A stretch of DNA of 24,000 bases from Solimonas fluminis (GTDB lineage Bacteria > Pseudomonadota > Gammaproteobacteria > Nevskiales > Nevskiaceae): contig NZ_PSNW01000007.1 in assembly GCF_002930645.1 (NCBI RefSeq), positions 225,792 through 249,791 on the forward strand, written 5' to 3'. Below the pieces are notes generated by a model. It saw only the letters and a program-made list of their open reading frames with translations, had not been told where the DNA came from and did not search any database. This document shows, piece after piece, positions 6,286-14,265 of the stretch. The translations under genes were made by a program, and so were the position numbers. Positions within the stretch are counted from its first letter, which is position 1, and each line of letters begins with the position of its first letter.

Positions 6286-6329
6286 GGCGATAAGCCTCAC
6301 CTGGTCTCGCCGGCGCCGGATTCCGGCCG

Positions 6330-6429
6330 CGCGCGCCTGCGGCGGCTGACGACCTCGGGCGCCAGGCGGCTGCCGCAGCAGGGGCCGGCGGAGGTGGCGA
6401 AAGCGGTGCTGGAGTTCCTGGTGGGCTGA
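6330..6429 (+). pseudogene. Decayed 3' fragment of an alpha/beta-hydrolase paralogous to 2863-3726
   Basis: 6301-6429 translates to ...GARRLPQQGPAEVAKAVLEFLVG*, compared with ...DAKLLPQEEKPAEVAKAVLEFLAA* in the intact gene. Nucleotide similarity continues upstream (ggctgacgacctcgggcgccaggcggctgccgcag vs ggtgacgatcgcggatgcgaagctgctgccgcag) with an indel. The open frame from 6286 has no start codon. The 5' boundary is approximate. Confidence 0.6.
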
Positions 6430-6433
6430 GCCG
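6384..6433 (+). repeat. Direct repeat copy B
   Basis: gccggcggaggtggcgaaagcggtgctggagttcctggtgggctgagccg is the partner of 3681-3730. Confidence 0.8.
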
Positions 6434-6447
6434 CGGGCCTGCTGGCC

Positions 6448-7497
6448 CTAGCCACGCAGCCGGTATTCGCCCGGCGGCAGGCCGGTCCAAGTCTTGAACG
6501 CGGCGGTGAAGGCGCTCTGGCCGCTGTAGCCCAGCAGCATCGCGATGTCGCCCAGCCCCAGTCCGGGGTCGGCAAGGTACTGCAGCGCCAGCTCGCGCCG
6601 CTGCTGCGCGAGCAGGTCGGCGTAGGAGTGCCCCTCTGCCTCCAGCCGCCGCCGCAGCGTGCGGTCGCTCAGGCCCAGCAGGCCGGCCACCTCGGCGGAG
6701 GACGGGCTGCCATGCGGCAGGCGCTGGCGGATGGCGCCGGCCACGCGCGGCGCCAGCCCCGTCCCGCGGATCTCGCGCAGCCGCTCGCGCGCCTGCTGCT
6801 CCATCAGCCCGCGCAGTTCCTCGTCGTGCTGCACCAGCGGCGTGGCGAACAGGCCGACGTCGAAGCTCAATGCATTGTCCGGCTCGTCGAATCGCAGCGG
6901 GCAGCCGAAGAAGCGCTCGTAGGGCTGCAGGCCGGCGGGACGCGGATGCTGGAAGCAGGCGCCGAGCAGTTCGCCGCGGATGCCGCTGATCCAGCGGCCG
7001 AAGGCGAGCCAGCCGGCGACGATGGCCTCGTTGACCGGCCGCATGCGCGCCACGTCGGCGGCGCCGGACTGCCAGGCCAGGCGCACCTGCCGCCCCTGCA
7101 CCGTCACCCGCGTGCTGCCGCCGTCGTAGACCAGGCCTTCGTAGCGGGGGATCAGCGCCACCGCCTCGCCGAGGGTGCTGCAGCTCATCGCGGCATAGCC
7201 CAGGGCGCTGAAGGTCCGCGGCCGCACCTGCATGCCCATGTGCAGGCCGATGGAGTCGTCGCCGCTGAGTTCCTGCGCCAGGTCGAACAGGCGCAGCAGC
7301 CCGGCGATGTCGAGGCGCCAGGCCGGGTCGGACAGGCGCTCCGGCAGAAGGGCCGCACGCTGCAGCAGGCGCTCGCGCCCGGCACCCTGCGCCACCGCCG
7401 CATCGAGCAGGGCCTGCACATAGGCGGCCGATACCGAGCCCAGGGCGAGCCCGCCCTGGCCGGCTTTCTCAAAACCCTGGCCGTCCGTCGCTACCAC
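6448..7497 (-). CDS. AraC-family transcriptional regulator (AraC-type ligand-binding N-domain + HTH)
   Basis: 349-aa ORF with a GTG start at 7497. The C-terminus LSDRTLRRRLEAEGHSYADLLAQQRRELALQYLADPGLGLGDIAMLLGYSGQSAFTAAFKTWTGLPPGEYR is a canonical AraC HTH. The gene is divergent (56-bp gap) from 7554-9834. Confidence 0.85.
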   Translation of the reverse strand: MVATDGQGFEKAGQGGLALGSVSAAYVQALLDAAVAQGAGRERLLQRAALLPERLSDPAWRLDIAGLLRLFDLAQELSGDDSIGLHMGMQVRPRTFSALGYAAMSCSTLGEAVALIPRYEGLVYDGGSTRVTVQGRQVRLAWQSGAADVARMRPVNEAIVAGWLAFGRWISGIRGELLGACFQHPRPAGLQPYERFFGCPLRFDEPDNALSFDVGLFATPLVQHDEELRGLMEQQARERLREIRGTGLAPRVAGAIRQRLPHGSPSSAEVAGLLGLSDRTLRRRLEAEGHSYADLLAQQRRELALQYLADPGLGLGDIAMLLGYSGQSAFTAAFKTWTGLPPGEYRLRG

Positions 7498-7553
7498 TGT
7501 GCGCCGCCACCCCTCCAGAATCGTGCCGGTACGTCGCCAGCCCGAGAATCTCC

Positions 7554-8192
7554 ATGCCGCATGCCGAGTCCGCCGCCCTTGCCCTGGGCATCCTGCGCGA
7601 TCCCGCGCAGTTCAAATGGTATGTGATTCCGCTGCTGCTGCTCACCCTCCATGTCTATGCCCAGCAGGTCCATGCGCGGCGCTGGCCGGTGGTGCTGGGC
7701 GGCCTGGCGTTCTGGCTGATGGACTGGATCAACGAGATCTGGAACGCGCTGGTGTTCCACTTCACGCAGTTCGCGCCGGTCTGGGGTGCACCGGGCGATA
7801 CCGCCTTCCTGATCCTGATCGGCCTCAACATCGAGATCAGCCTGATGTTCGCCGTGTTCGGCGTCACCGCGATCCTGCTGCTGCCGGCGGACCCCAGGCT
7901 GAAGCTGTTCGGCATCAACAACCGACTGCTGGCCGCGGCGCTCAACTCGGTCCTGGCGGTCGGCGTGGAGTGCTGGCTCAACCACGCCGGCGCACTGACC
8001 TGGGAATACCGCTGGTGGAACGGCTCGGCGCCCTGGCTGATCTGGCTGATCGGCTACCTGCCGTTCTTCCTGGTCGCCTACTGGGTGCACGACCTGCCGG
8101 ACAGGCGCCGGCAGCTGCGCGCGGTCGGCACGCTGGGCGGCATCGTGGCCGGCAGCCTGCTGCTGTTCGGCGCCCTGCTGGGCTGGATCTGA
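7554..8192 (+). CDS. Integral membrane protein (about 6 TM, Trp-rich), function unknown
   Basis: 212-aa ORF with hydrophobic segments (VIPLLLLTLHVYA, VVLGGLAFWLMDWI, AFLILIGLNIEISLMFAVFGVTAILLL, LLAAALNSVLAVGVECWL, WLIWLIGYLPFFLVAYWV, LGGIVAGSLLLFGALLGWI). Its stop is 1 nt before the next gene's start. I recognise no family. Confidence 0.75.
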   Translation: MPHAESAALALGILRDPAQFKWYVIPLLLLTLHVYAQQVHARRWPVVLGGLAFWLMDWINEIWNALVFHFTQFAPVWGAPGDTAFLILIGLNIEISLMFAVFGVTAILLLPADPRLKLFGINNRLLAAALNSVLAVGVECWLNHAGALTWEYRWWNGSAPWLIWLIGYLPFFLVAYWVHDLPDRRRQLRAVGTLGGIVAGSLLLFGALLGWI

Positions 8193-8193
8193 C

Positions 8194-9834
8194 GTGCGCC
8201 GCCTTCCCGCGTTCGCCGCCGCCCTGCTGCTCGCCGCCTGCGGCAGCAGCACGGCCCCCGATGCCGGCCACGGCACGCCGCCGCCCTTCCAGCCGGGCCC
8301 CGACGCGCCGTTCGCGACCATCGCCGACCCCTCGCTGTCGCTGCCGCTCTGCATCCTGCCGGCCGGCACGATCGGCGTGCCGGACCTCGTGGTCGACCCG
8401 CTGCCGATCCCGGACCGCGGCAACGGCCTGGCCGCCGATGCCGCCAGCGAGGCCCCGGCCGCGCTGCCCGCGCAGCTCGCGCTGCGCAACGACCGCGGGA
8501 CCTACAACCGCCGCTACCAGTTCGCGCTGGACGAAGGGGCGATCTGGTTCAAGTCCAACACCGCCGTGACCGGCATCGAGCAGCCCTGGGCGCGGCTGGC
8601 GATGCCGGGCTGCCTCGCCGGCACCGTCATCGGCATCGCCGTGGACGACGACGAGCTCACCGCGATCCGCGCCGATGGCGCGATCTACGGCATGGACAAC
8701 GCCTTCAAGGACTACGCGCTGTTCAACTGGAGCTCGCGCTGGGGACCGCCGCTGTGGACCGGCACCGGTCACCGCATCCCGGCGGACTACCTGGCCTGGT
8801 CCTGGAGCGTGATCTCGCCGGCCGAGGACCAGCACTGGACCGACCCGGCCGGCAACCTGCACACCATCGGCAGCGGCAAGGTCTCGCACATCTGGCTGCT
8901 GCGCAGCGGCGGCCAGCGCTACACCTACGTCGATCCCTGGCTGCCGCGCGACGACAGCTACGAGATGTGCGGCCCGCTGCGCGGCCGCTACCGCGGCGTG
9001 AATCTCTCGGCCAGCGGCTCCACGGTCTTCACCGTCAACCGCTACGGCGATCTCTACACGCGCAACTACGACTTCGACCTCTGCGGCGCCGACCCGCTGT
9101 TCTTCGACTACGCCTACGAGGACCAGCGCGGGGTCTCCAACCCGAAGATCCAGCTGCCGACCTTCGAATGGCAGCGCCAGCCGAAGATCCCTGGCACGAT
9201 CACCCACGACATCAGCGTGCACAAGAGCGGCATCGACATGCTGACGCGCAGCCTGCGCGTCGAGGGCCGCGATGCCCGGGGCCATACCGGCTACTGGGAG
9301 AAGGATTACCGCGAACTGGACGCCCGGGCCTGGAAGTTCGTGCGCACCGACCAGCCGCTGCGCGGCACGGTGCTGGACAACCGCCCCCGCGACAGTTCCC
9401 TGGACGACGCCGGCCCCGGCGAGGACCGCTATTACGCGCGCAATCTCGCGCAGCTGCCGTCGCTGGCGGCGCACCCCCAGGTCGCCGGCGATGCCGACTG
9501 GGCGGGCGAACTGCCGGACTTCAACTTCTACTGCTCGCCGGCGCGGCTGCGCATCCGCTTCTCGCCCACCGAGGACCTGGAGCTGCTGCTGCACCACACC
9601 GACACGATCCGCCAGACCGAGCGCGGCCGCGGGCTGGACCAGCAGCCGCGCGCCTTCGTCGGCAGCATCGAGATTCCGGAACCGACCTTTGCACGGCTGG
9701 ATTCGCTGCCGCCGAAGTCGCAGCAGTTCATCCAGCTCTACCTGGACGGGCGGCGCCACACCAGCGTCAGGCTCAGCGGCGTCGAGGACCGCATCAGCGT
9801 CACCAGCTTCGGCTGGGAGTTCGAGCGCCCCTGA
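8194..9834 (+). CDS. Large lipoprotein, function unknown
   Basis: 546-aa ORF. GTG at 8194 lies 1 nt after the upstream TGA (translational coupling). The N-terminus MRRLPAFAAALLLAACGSS has a signal peptide and lipobox L-A-A-C, with Gly at +2. The mature part is rich in W/Y/D/R with recurring short blocks (IWFKSN, AIYGMDN, IWLLRSGG, LYTRNYDFD, GYWEKDY). I recognise no domain. Confidence 0.8.
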   Translation: MRRLPAFAAALLLAACGSSTAPDAGHGTPPPFQPGPDAPFATIADPSLSLPLCILPAGTIGVPDLVVDPLPIPDRGNGLAADAASEAPAALPAQLALRNDRGTYNRRYQFALDEGAIWFKSNTAVTGIEQPWARLAMPGCLAGTVIGIAVDDDELTAIRADGAIYGMDNAFKDYALFNWSSRWGPPLWTGTGHRIPADYLAWSWSVISPAEDQHWTDPAGNLHTIGSGKVSHIWLLRSGGQRYTYVDPWLPRDDSYEMCGPLRGRYRGVNLSASGSTVFTVNRYGDLYTRNYDFDLCGADPLFFDYAYEDQRGVSNPKIQLPTFEWQRQPKIPGTITHDISVHKSGIDMLTRSLRVEGRDARGHTGYWEKDYRELDARAWKFVRTDQPLRGTVLDNRPRDSSLDDAGPGEDRYYARNLAQLPSLAAHPQVAGDADWAGELPDFNFYCSPARLRIRFSPTEDLELLLHHTDTIRQTERGRGLDQQPRAFVGSIEIPEPTFARLDSLPPKSQQFIQLYLDGRRHTSVRLSGVEDRISVTSFGWEFERP

Positions 9835-9850
9835 GCCGGAGCGCCCACGC

Positions 9851-11164
9851 TCAGGAACGTTCCGCGCGCAGCTTGCGCGTCTGCGTCGGCGCGCCCGTCA
9901 CCAGGCGGTCGCCGATATGGCGCGTGAAGTACTTCCAGGTCCACTGCACGAACACGCGCAGGCGCTGCGCCCCGTCGACCAGCGCAGCGATGTGCACGAA
10001 GGCCCAGGTCAGCCAGGCGAACCAGCCGGTGACCTTCATGAACTTCAGGTCGCCCACGGCCTTGTTCATGCCGATCACCGCCATGGTGCCGCGGTCGGTG
10101 TACTCGAAGGGCCTGGGCGGCTTGGCGCCGGTGACGCGCGAATGCAGCAGGTCGGCCACGTAGCGGCCCTGCTGCATCGCCGCGGGCGCCAGGCCCGGCA
10201 CTTCGCGCCCGGTGGCGTCGGTCAGGCGGCCGAGGTCGCCCACCACGAAGATTTCCGGATGGCCGGGCAGCGAGCAGTCCGGCTCCACCTTCACGCGGCC
10301 GCCGCGGTCCAGCTGCACGCCGGTGCGCTGCGCCAGGATCTCGCCGAACAGCGAAGCGCGCACGCCGGCCGCCCAGAGGATGGTCTGGGTGCGGAGGGTC
10401 TCGCGGGTCTCGCCCTTCTTCGTGCGCACGTAGTCGGCGCCGATGTCCTCGACCATGGTCTCGGTCAGCACCGTGACGCCGAGCTGCTCGAGGTGCTTGC
10501 GCGCGGCCTGGCGCAGGCCTTCCGGGTACACCGGCAGCACGTCCTTGGCGCCTTCCACCAGCAGGATGCGCGCCTGGCTCGGGTCGATGCCGCGGAAATC
10601 GCGGCGCATGGTCTTGTGCGCCAGCTCGCCGATGGCGCCGGCCAGCTCGACGCCGGTGGGGCCGGCACCGACCACGACGAAGGTCAGCAGCTCGCGGCGC
10701 AGGGCCTCGTCGTCGGTCAGCTCCGCGCGCTCGAAGGCGCTGAAGATCTTGCGGCGCATTTCCAGGGCGTGCTCCAGCGTCTTCAGGCCGGGCGCGAACT
10801 CGCGCCACTCGTCGCGGCCGAAGTAGTGGTGCTTCACGCCGGTGGCCACGATCAGCGTGTCGTACTTCAGCTCGCCGAACTCGTGCTTGAGCACCCGGGC
10901 CTGCGGGTCCACGTCGAAGGCGGTGGTCGCCAGGCAGCGCACCTGCGGGTACTTGCGCAGCACCACGCGCTGCGGGATGGCGATGTCGCCGGTCGACAGC
11001 GAGCCGGTCGCCACCTGGTACAGCAGCGGCTGGAACAGCTGGAAGTTGCGCTTGTCGAGCAGGGTGACGCGGTAGCCGCGCTGGCCGAGGCGCTTGGCCG
11101 CATGCAGGCCGGCGAAGCCGCCGCCGACGATGACGACGTGATGCTGGGCAGGGGTCGGGGACAT
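9851..11164 (-). CDS. ndh: Type II NADH:quinone oxidoreductase (NDH-2)
   Basis: This is the C-terminal 437 codons of the 719-aa track ORF, starting at ATG 11164 (MSPTPAQHHVVIVGGGFAGL...). It has two dinucleotide-binding motifs (VVIVGGGFAG and FVVVGAGPTGVE). GDIAIPQR, IFVVGD and PGLAPAAMQQG are typical of NDH-2. Confidence 0.9.
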   Translation of the reverse strand: MSPTPAQHHVVIVGGGFAGLHAAKRLGQRGYRVTLLDKRNFQLFQPLLYQVATGSLSTGDIAIPQRVVLRKYPQVRCLATTAFDVDPQARVLKHEFGELKYDTLIVATGVKHHYFGRDEWREFAPGLKTLEHALEMRRKIFSAFERAELTDDEALRRELLTFVVVGAGPTGVELAGAIGELAHKTMRRDFRGIDPSQARILLVEGAKDVLPVYPEGLRQAARKHLEQLGVTVLTETMVEDIGADYVRTKKGETRETLRTQTILWAAGVRASLFGEILAQRTGVQLDRGGRVKVEPDCSLPGHPEIFVVGDLGRLTDATGREVPGLAPAAMQQGRYVADLLHSRVTGAKPPRPFEYTDRGTMAVIGMNKAVGDLKFMKVTGWFAWLTWAFVHIAALVDGAQRLRVFVQWTWKYFTRHIGDRLVTGAPTQTRKLRAERS

Positions 11165-11176
11165 GAGGTCTTCTAA

Positions 11177-11207
11177 TGGTAATGTTGCACTGCGGCAAAG
11201 ATTACCA
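11177..11207. promoter_or_regulatory. Near-perfect palindrome between the EcsC-like stop and the ndh start (operator or hairpin)
   Basis: TGGTAATgTTGC-actgcg-GCAAagATTACCA has outer 7-bp arms TGGTAAT/ATTACCA and inner TTGC/GCAA. It is relatively AT-rich and sits 13 nt upstream of the ndh ATG. No U-tract follows on the transcribed (minus) strand. Confidence 0.4.
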
Positions 11208-11214
11208 CAGCCCC

Positions 11215-12051
11215 TCATTCCGGCGCGGCCAACACCTTGAACGGCGCCGATAAAGCCTTGTTTTTCGGGTACTTGGCGTGCAGCCAGCGCTCCTGGAAGA
11301 CATACCGCGCCACCCCCGACACATCGTGGATGTACCAGGCGTTCATGGAGGCGCCGACCGCCGCGCCCAGCACCGGCACCACGCCCATGACCTTGCGCCG
11401 GCCGAGCTGCACGCCGATGCGGCTGGCCAGGGTCTGCATGCTGAACACCGCCGCCTCCTTGGCCATCTCGCGCTCGGCCACGCGCTCCACGCCGTCGCGC
11501 CAGGCGGCGTCCAGCAGGTCGCCGCGGCGGCGCAGCGCCGCCAGCGCGGCCTGCTTCTCGTCCATGGAGTTGGCGGAGGCCAGTGCGAAGATGCCGATGG
11601 CCATGGCCTTGTGCGCCTGCAGGCCCTCCTCGCCGTAGCACATGGCGGTGCGGTGGATCGTGCGCAGCGCCAGTCCCAGGAGGGCCGGCACGTCGACCAC
11701 CATGCCCGCCGCGCCGGCCACGCCCAGCACCGCGCCCCCGGCGCCGGCCATGGCCATGGCGCGGCGCTCCACCTGCCTGGAGAGCTGGTCGCAGACTTCC
11801 AGCGGCAGCGCGCGCAGCTGGCGCGGCTCGTCCAGCCCGGCGGTCTTCAGCAGGGCCTCGCGGCCGGAATAGCGGAAGGCCACGTCGTTCAGTCCGTTCA
11901 GGGCGGCACGCAGGGCCGAGACCGGCACCAGGGTCTTCACCGCCGTGGCGGCCGACGCTCCCGGCTTGGCCAGCAGGCGCGTACCCCAGCCCGGCGCTTC
12001 CTGCTCCCACCGGCGCAGGGTTTCCAGCTGCAGCTGCTCGTACTCGGTCAT
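11215..12051 (-). CDS. EcsC-family protein
   Basis: ORF 11215-12090. I prefer ATG 12051 (MTEYEQLQLETLRRWEQE...), which gives 278 aa, but ATG 12090 is possible. VDVPALLGLALRTIHRTAMCYG and the Gly/Ala-rich hydrophobic core resemble the EcsC family (PF12787) as recalled. Confidence 0.65.
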   Translation of the reverse strand: MTEYEQLQLETLRRWEQEAPGWGTRLLAKPGASAATAVKTLVPVSALRAALNGLNDVAFRYSGREALLKTAGLDEPRQLRALPLEVCDQLSRQVERRAMAMAGAGGAVLGVAGAAGMVVDVPALLGLALRTIHRTAMCYGEEGLQAHKAMAIGIFALASANSMDEKQAALAALRRRGDLLDAAWRDGVERVAEREMAKEAAVFSMQTLASRIGVQLGRRKVMGVVPVLGAAVGASMNAWYIHDVSGVARYVFQERWLHAKYPKNKALSAPFKVLAAPE

Positions 12052-12099
12052 GTCGGCACCCGGTTGACGTCCACCGCAGTCTGACAACATTCTGCCGCC

Positions 12100-12867
12100 A
12101 TGTGTTTAATCGCCCTGGCCTGGCAGTCCCATCCGCGCTACCCGCTCGTGCTGGCGGCGAACCGCGACGAGTTCCATCACCGCCCCACCGCGGCGGCGGC
12201 GTTCTGGCCGGACGCCCCCGGCGTGTTCGGCGGCCGCGACCTGTCGCAGCACGGCAGCTGGCTGGCCGCCTCGCGCGACGGCCGCATCGCCGCCGTCACC
12301 AACGTGCGGCGCATGATCCCGCCGAACCCGCATGCCCCCTCGCGCGGCGTGCTGGTGTCCGACTTCGTCGGCGGCAGGCTGAGCTGCGCCGACTATGCCG
12401 CGCAGCTCGCCGGCGGCGCGGCGCTGTTCTCCGGCTTCAACCTGCTGCTGATCGACCGCGACAGCGCGCTGTACGTGACCAACCAGCCGAGCTACCGCGT
12501 GGAGGTGCTGCGCCCCGGAGTGCACGGCCTCAGCAACGCCACGCTCGACACGCCCTGGCCCAAGCTGCGGCGGGTCCGCGACGGACTGTCCACCTGGGTG
12601 GCACGCGACCGCACCGACAGCGACGCGCTATTCGAGCTGCTGGGCGACCGCCGCGTGGCGGACGACGCCGAGCTGCCGGATACCGGCGTCGGCCTGGAGA
12701 TGGAGCGCTTCCTGTCGCCGCCCTTCATCCGCGACGCCAGCTACGGCACGCGCAGCAGCAGCCTGCTGATCTGCGAGGACGGCCAGCTGTCCTTCCGCGA
12801 GCGCCGCTACGGCGCCGACGGCCAGCCCTCCGGCGAGACGCTGGAACGCTTCGCGCTCGCCGCCTAG
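12100..12867 (+). CDS. NRDE-family protein (TANGO2 homologue; N-terminal Cys, Ntn-hydrolase-like)
   Basis: 255-aa ORF beginning MCLIALAWQ...LVLAANRDEF. It carries the eponymous NRDE motif and GGRDL..GSWLA, LLL(I)D and GLSNATLDTPWPK blocks. Confidence 0.85.
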   Translation: MCLIALAWQSHPRYPLVLAANRDEFHHRPTAAAAFWPDAPGVFGGRDLSQHGSWLAASRDGRIAAVTNVRRMIPPNPHAPSRGVLVSDFVGGRLSCADYAAQLAGGAALFSGFNLLLIDRDSALYVTNQPSYRVEVLRPGVHGLSNATLDTPWPKLRRVRDGLSTWVARDRTDSDALFELLGDRRVADDAELPDTGVGLEMERFLSPPFIRDASYGTRSSSLLICEDGQLSFRERRYGADGQPSGETLERFALAA

Positions 12868-12876
12868 GGCCTCGCC

Positions 12877-13455
12877 ATGGACTGGCTGGAGCAGGAAGAG
12901 AACCTGCTGGATCAATGGCTGGGCCGCCTGCCGCAGGGCAGCGGCGCCGCGGATGTCTGGCTGCGCCGCATGCCCACGCCGCTGGGGACGCTGCTGGCCG
13001 GGGCGACCGCGCAGGGCATCGTGCTGCTGGAATTCGCCGACGCGGCCCGCCTGCGCCGCGCAGGCGCGGCCCTGCGCAAGCATTTCGGCGAGGACTGGGT
13101 GGCCGCCGATCATCCCTGGCTGCGGCAGCTCGAGGGAGAGCTGTCCGGCTACTTCAACGGCCGCCGTCACCGCTTCGAGGTGCCGCTGGTGTTTCCCGGC
13201 ACGCCGCTGCAGCAGTCGCTGTGGCAGGCGCTGACGCAACTGCCCTTCGGCTCACGGCGCAGCTACGAGCAGATGGCGGCGCAGCTCGGCGTCCCCGGCG
13301 CGGTGCGCGCCGTGGGCACCTGCAACGGCATCAACCGCCTCGCCATCGTGGTGCCCTGCCACCGGCTGGTGAACAAGAACGGCGGGCTCGGCGGCTACGG
13401 CGGCGGGCTGTGGCGCAAGCAGCGGCTGCTGGAGCTGGAAGTCGCTAACCGCTGA
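12877..13455 (+). CDS. ogt: Methylated-DNA--protein-cysteine methyltransferase
   Basis: 192-aa ORF lying 9 nt after the NRDE gene. Active-site motif IVVPCHRLV (PCHR), plus YEQMAAQLG.PGAVRAVG..NG.N and GGLGGYGGGL..K..LLELE. Confidence 0.9.
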   Translation: MDWLEQEENLLDQWLGRLPQGSGAADVWLRRMPTPLGTLLAGATAQGIVLLEFADAARLRRAGAALRKHFGEDWVAADHPWLRQLEGELSGYFNGRRHRFEVPLVFPGTPLQQSLWQALTQLPFGSRRSYEQMAAQLGVPGAVRAVGTCNGINRLAIVVPCHRLVNKNGGLGGYGGGLWRKQRLLELEVANR

Positions 13456-14263
13456 CAGCCCGCAGCAGCCGCAGGGGCCCGAGCACGCGCAGGCGCTGCA
13501 GTTCCTCTTCGCCGCGCAGCAGCAGCGTGCCGGCGAAGCCCAGCGCATTGACGCCCAGGCCCTCGTGCGCGCCGAAGCGGCGGCGCACCGCCATCATCCA
13601 GTCCGGGGTCAGCAGCAGGTTGTAGCCGCTGTAGCCCTTCGATCCGCCGAGCCCGATGTCCGCCAGCAGGCCCCGGTAGAGCCCGAGCAGCCGGGCCGGC
13701 TGCTCCAGGTCCACCGGCGCCAGCGCGGCCCGGGCGTGCGCGAAAGGCCAGCCCGCTTCCCGGCGCGCCCATTCGCGCGGGTCGAAAGGCTGCGCTGCCG
13801 CAGCCGGCATCAACGGCCAGGGCAGCAGTTGCACGTGGCGGTGCCGCTGGCTGGCCCCGGCGGCCGCGCCGCCGTTGAAGAAGGCCAGTCCCGAGGTCTG
13901 CCGCAGCACCTGCGCCACCGCGGCGAAATCCGCCTCCTGCAGTGCGGCTTCCTGCTCGGCGAAGGCGCGGGTCACGACCAGCACGTGGCCCTCCAGCACC
14001 TGGAACTTGTTGAGCAGCAGCGCATGCGACTCCGACAGCTCGGTGACGAGCATCGCCGGGTCGTAGGGCAGGAAGGGATTCGCCGGCTGCGGCGCGGCAT
14101 GCTGGCGCCGTTCGGAGTCGCTCTTGCGGCGCAGGTCGCCGACGCGCAGCACGAAATCCAGCCCCTCGTCGCGCAGCACCTCCGGACGTGTGGGGATCGG
14201 CTGCAGTGCGCCGCTGTCCAGCGCGCGGCGCGTGGCGGCGCGGATCGCTGCCGGCAGGTCCAT
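13445..14263 (-). CDS. ATP adenylyltransferase / Ap4A phosphorylase-family protein (GalT-branch HIT-like)
   Basis: This is the C-terminal 272 codons of the 736-aa track ORF, from ATG 14263 (MDLPAAIRAA...). It has LLNKFQVLEGHVLVVTRAF and GASQRHRHVQLLP (HxHxQ), as in Apa1/Apa2-type phosphorylases. Its start lies 2 nt after the upstream stop (TGAACATG). Confidence 0.7.
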   Translation of the reverse strand: MDLPAAIRAATRRALDSGALQPIPTRPEVLRDEGLDFVLRVGDLRRKSDSERRQHAAPQPANPFLPYDPAMLVTELSESHALLLNKFQVLEGHVLVVTRAFAEQEAALQEADFAAVAQVLRQTSGLAFFNGGAAAGASQRHRHVQLLPWPLMPAAAAQPFDPREWARREAGWPFAHARAALAPVDLEQPARLLGLYRGLLADIGLGGSKGYSGYNLLLTPDWMMAVRRRFGAHEGLGVNALGFAGTLLLRGEEELQRLRVLGPLRLLRAVSG

Positions 14264-14265
14264 GT

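Noticed and set aside
6283-6299. Small hairpin TGAGGC-gataa-GCCTCA at the stop of the SOI-like gene as a terminator
   Set aside because: The stem is only 6 bp with no following U-tract, which is too weak to call. The in-frame continuation after the TGA into the hydrolase stump is most likely coincidental.
7978-9759. 593-aa minus-strand ORF and the 469-aa plus-strand ORF (8754-10163) over the lipoprotein gene
   Set aside because: The composition is low-complexity. The 8194-9834 frame has a signal peptide and lipobox and a protein-like composition.
9272-11198. 634-aa plus-strand and 486-aa minus-strand ORFs overlapping ndh, and the upstream 282 codons of ORF 9851-12010
   Set aside because: The NDH-2 homology starts exactly at ATG 11164. 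The upstream extension overlaps the EcsC-like gene out of frame and is Gly/Arg/Ala-rich.
11583-13448. 621-aa plus-strand ORF spanning the EcsC-like, NRDE and ogt genes
   Set aside because: The translation is extremely Arg/Pro/Ala-rich and crosses three well-supported genes on both strands. It is a shadow frame.
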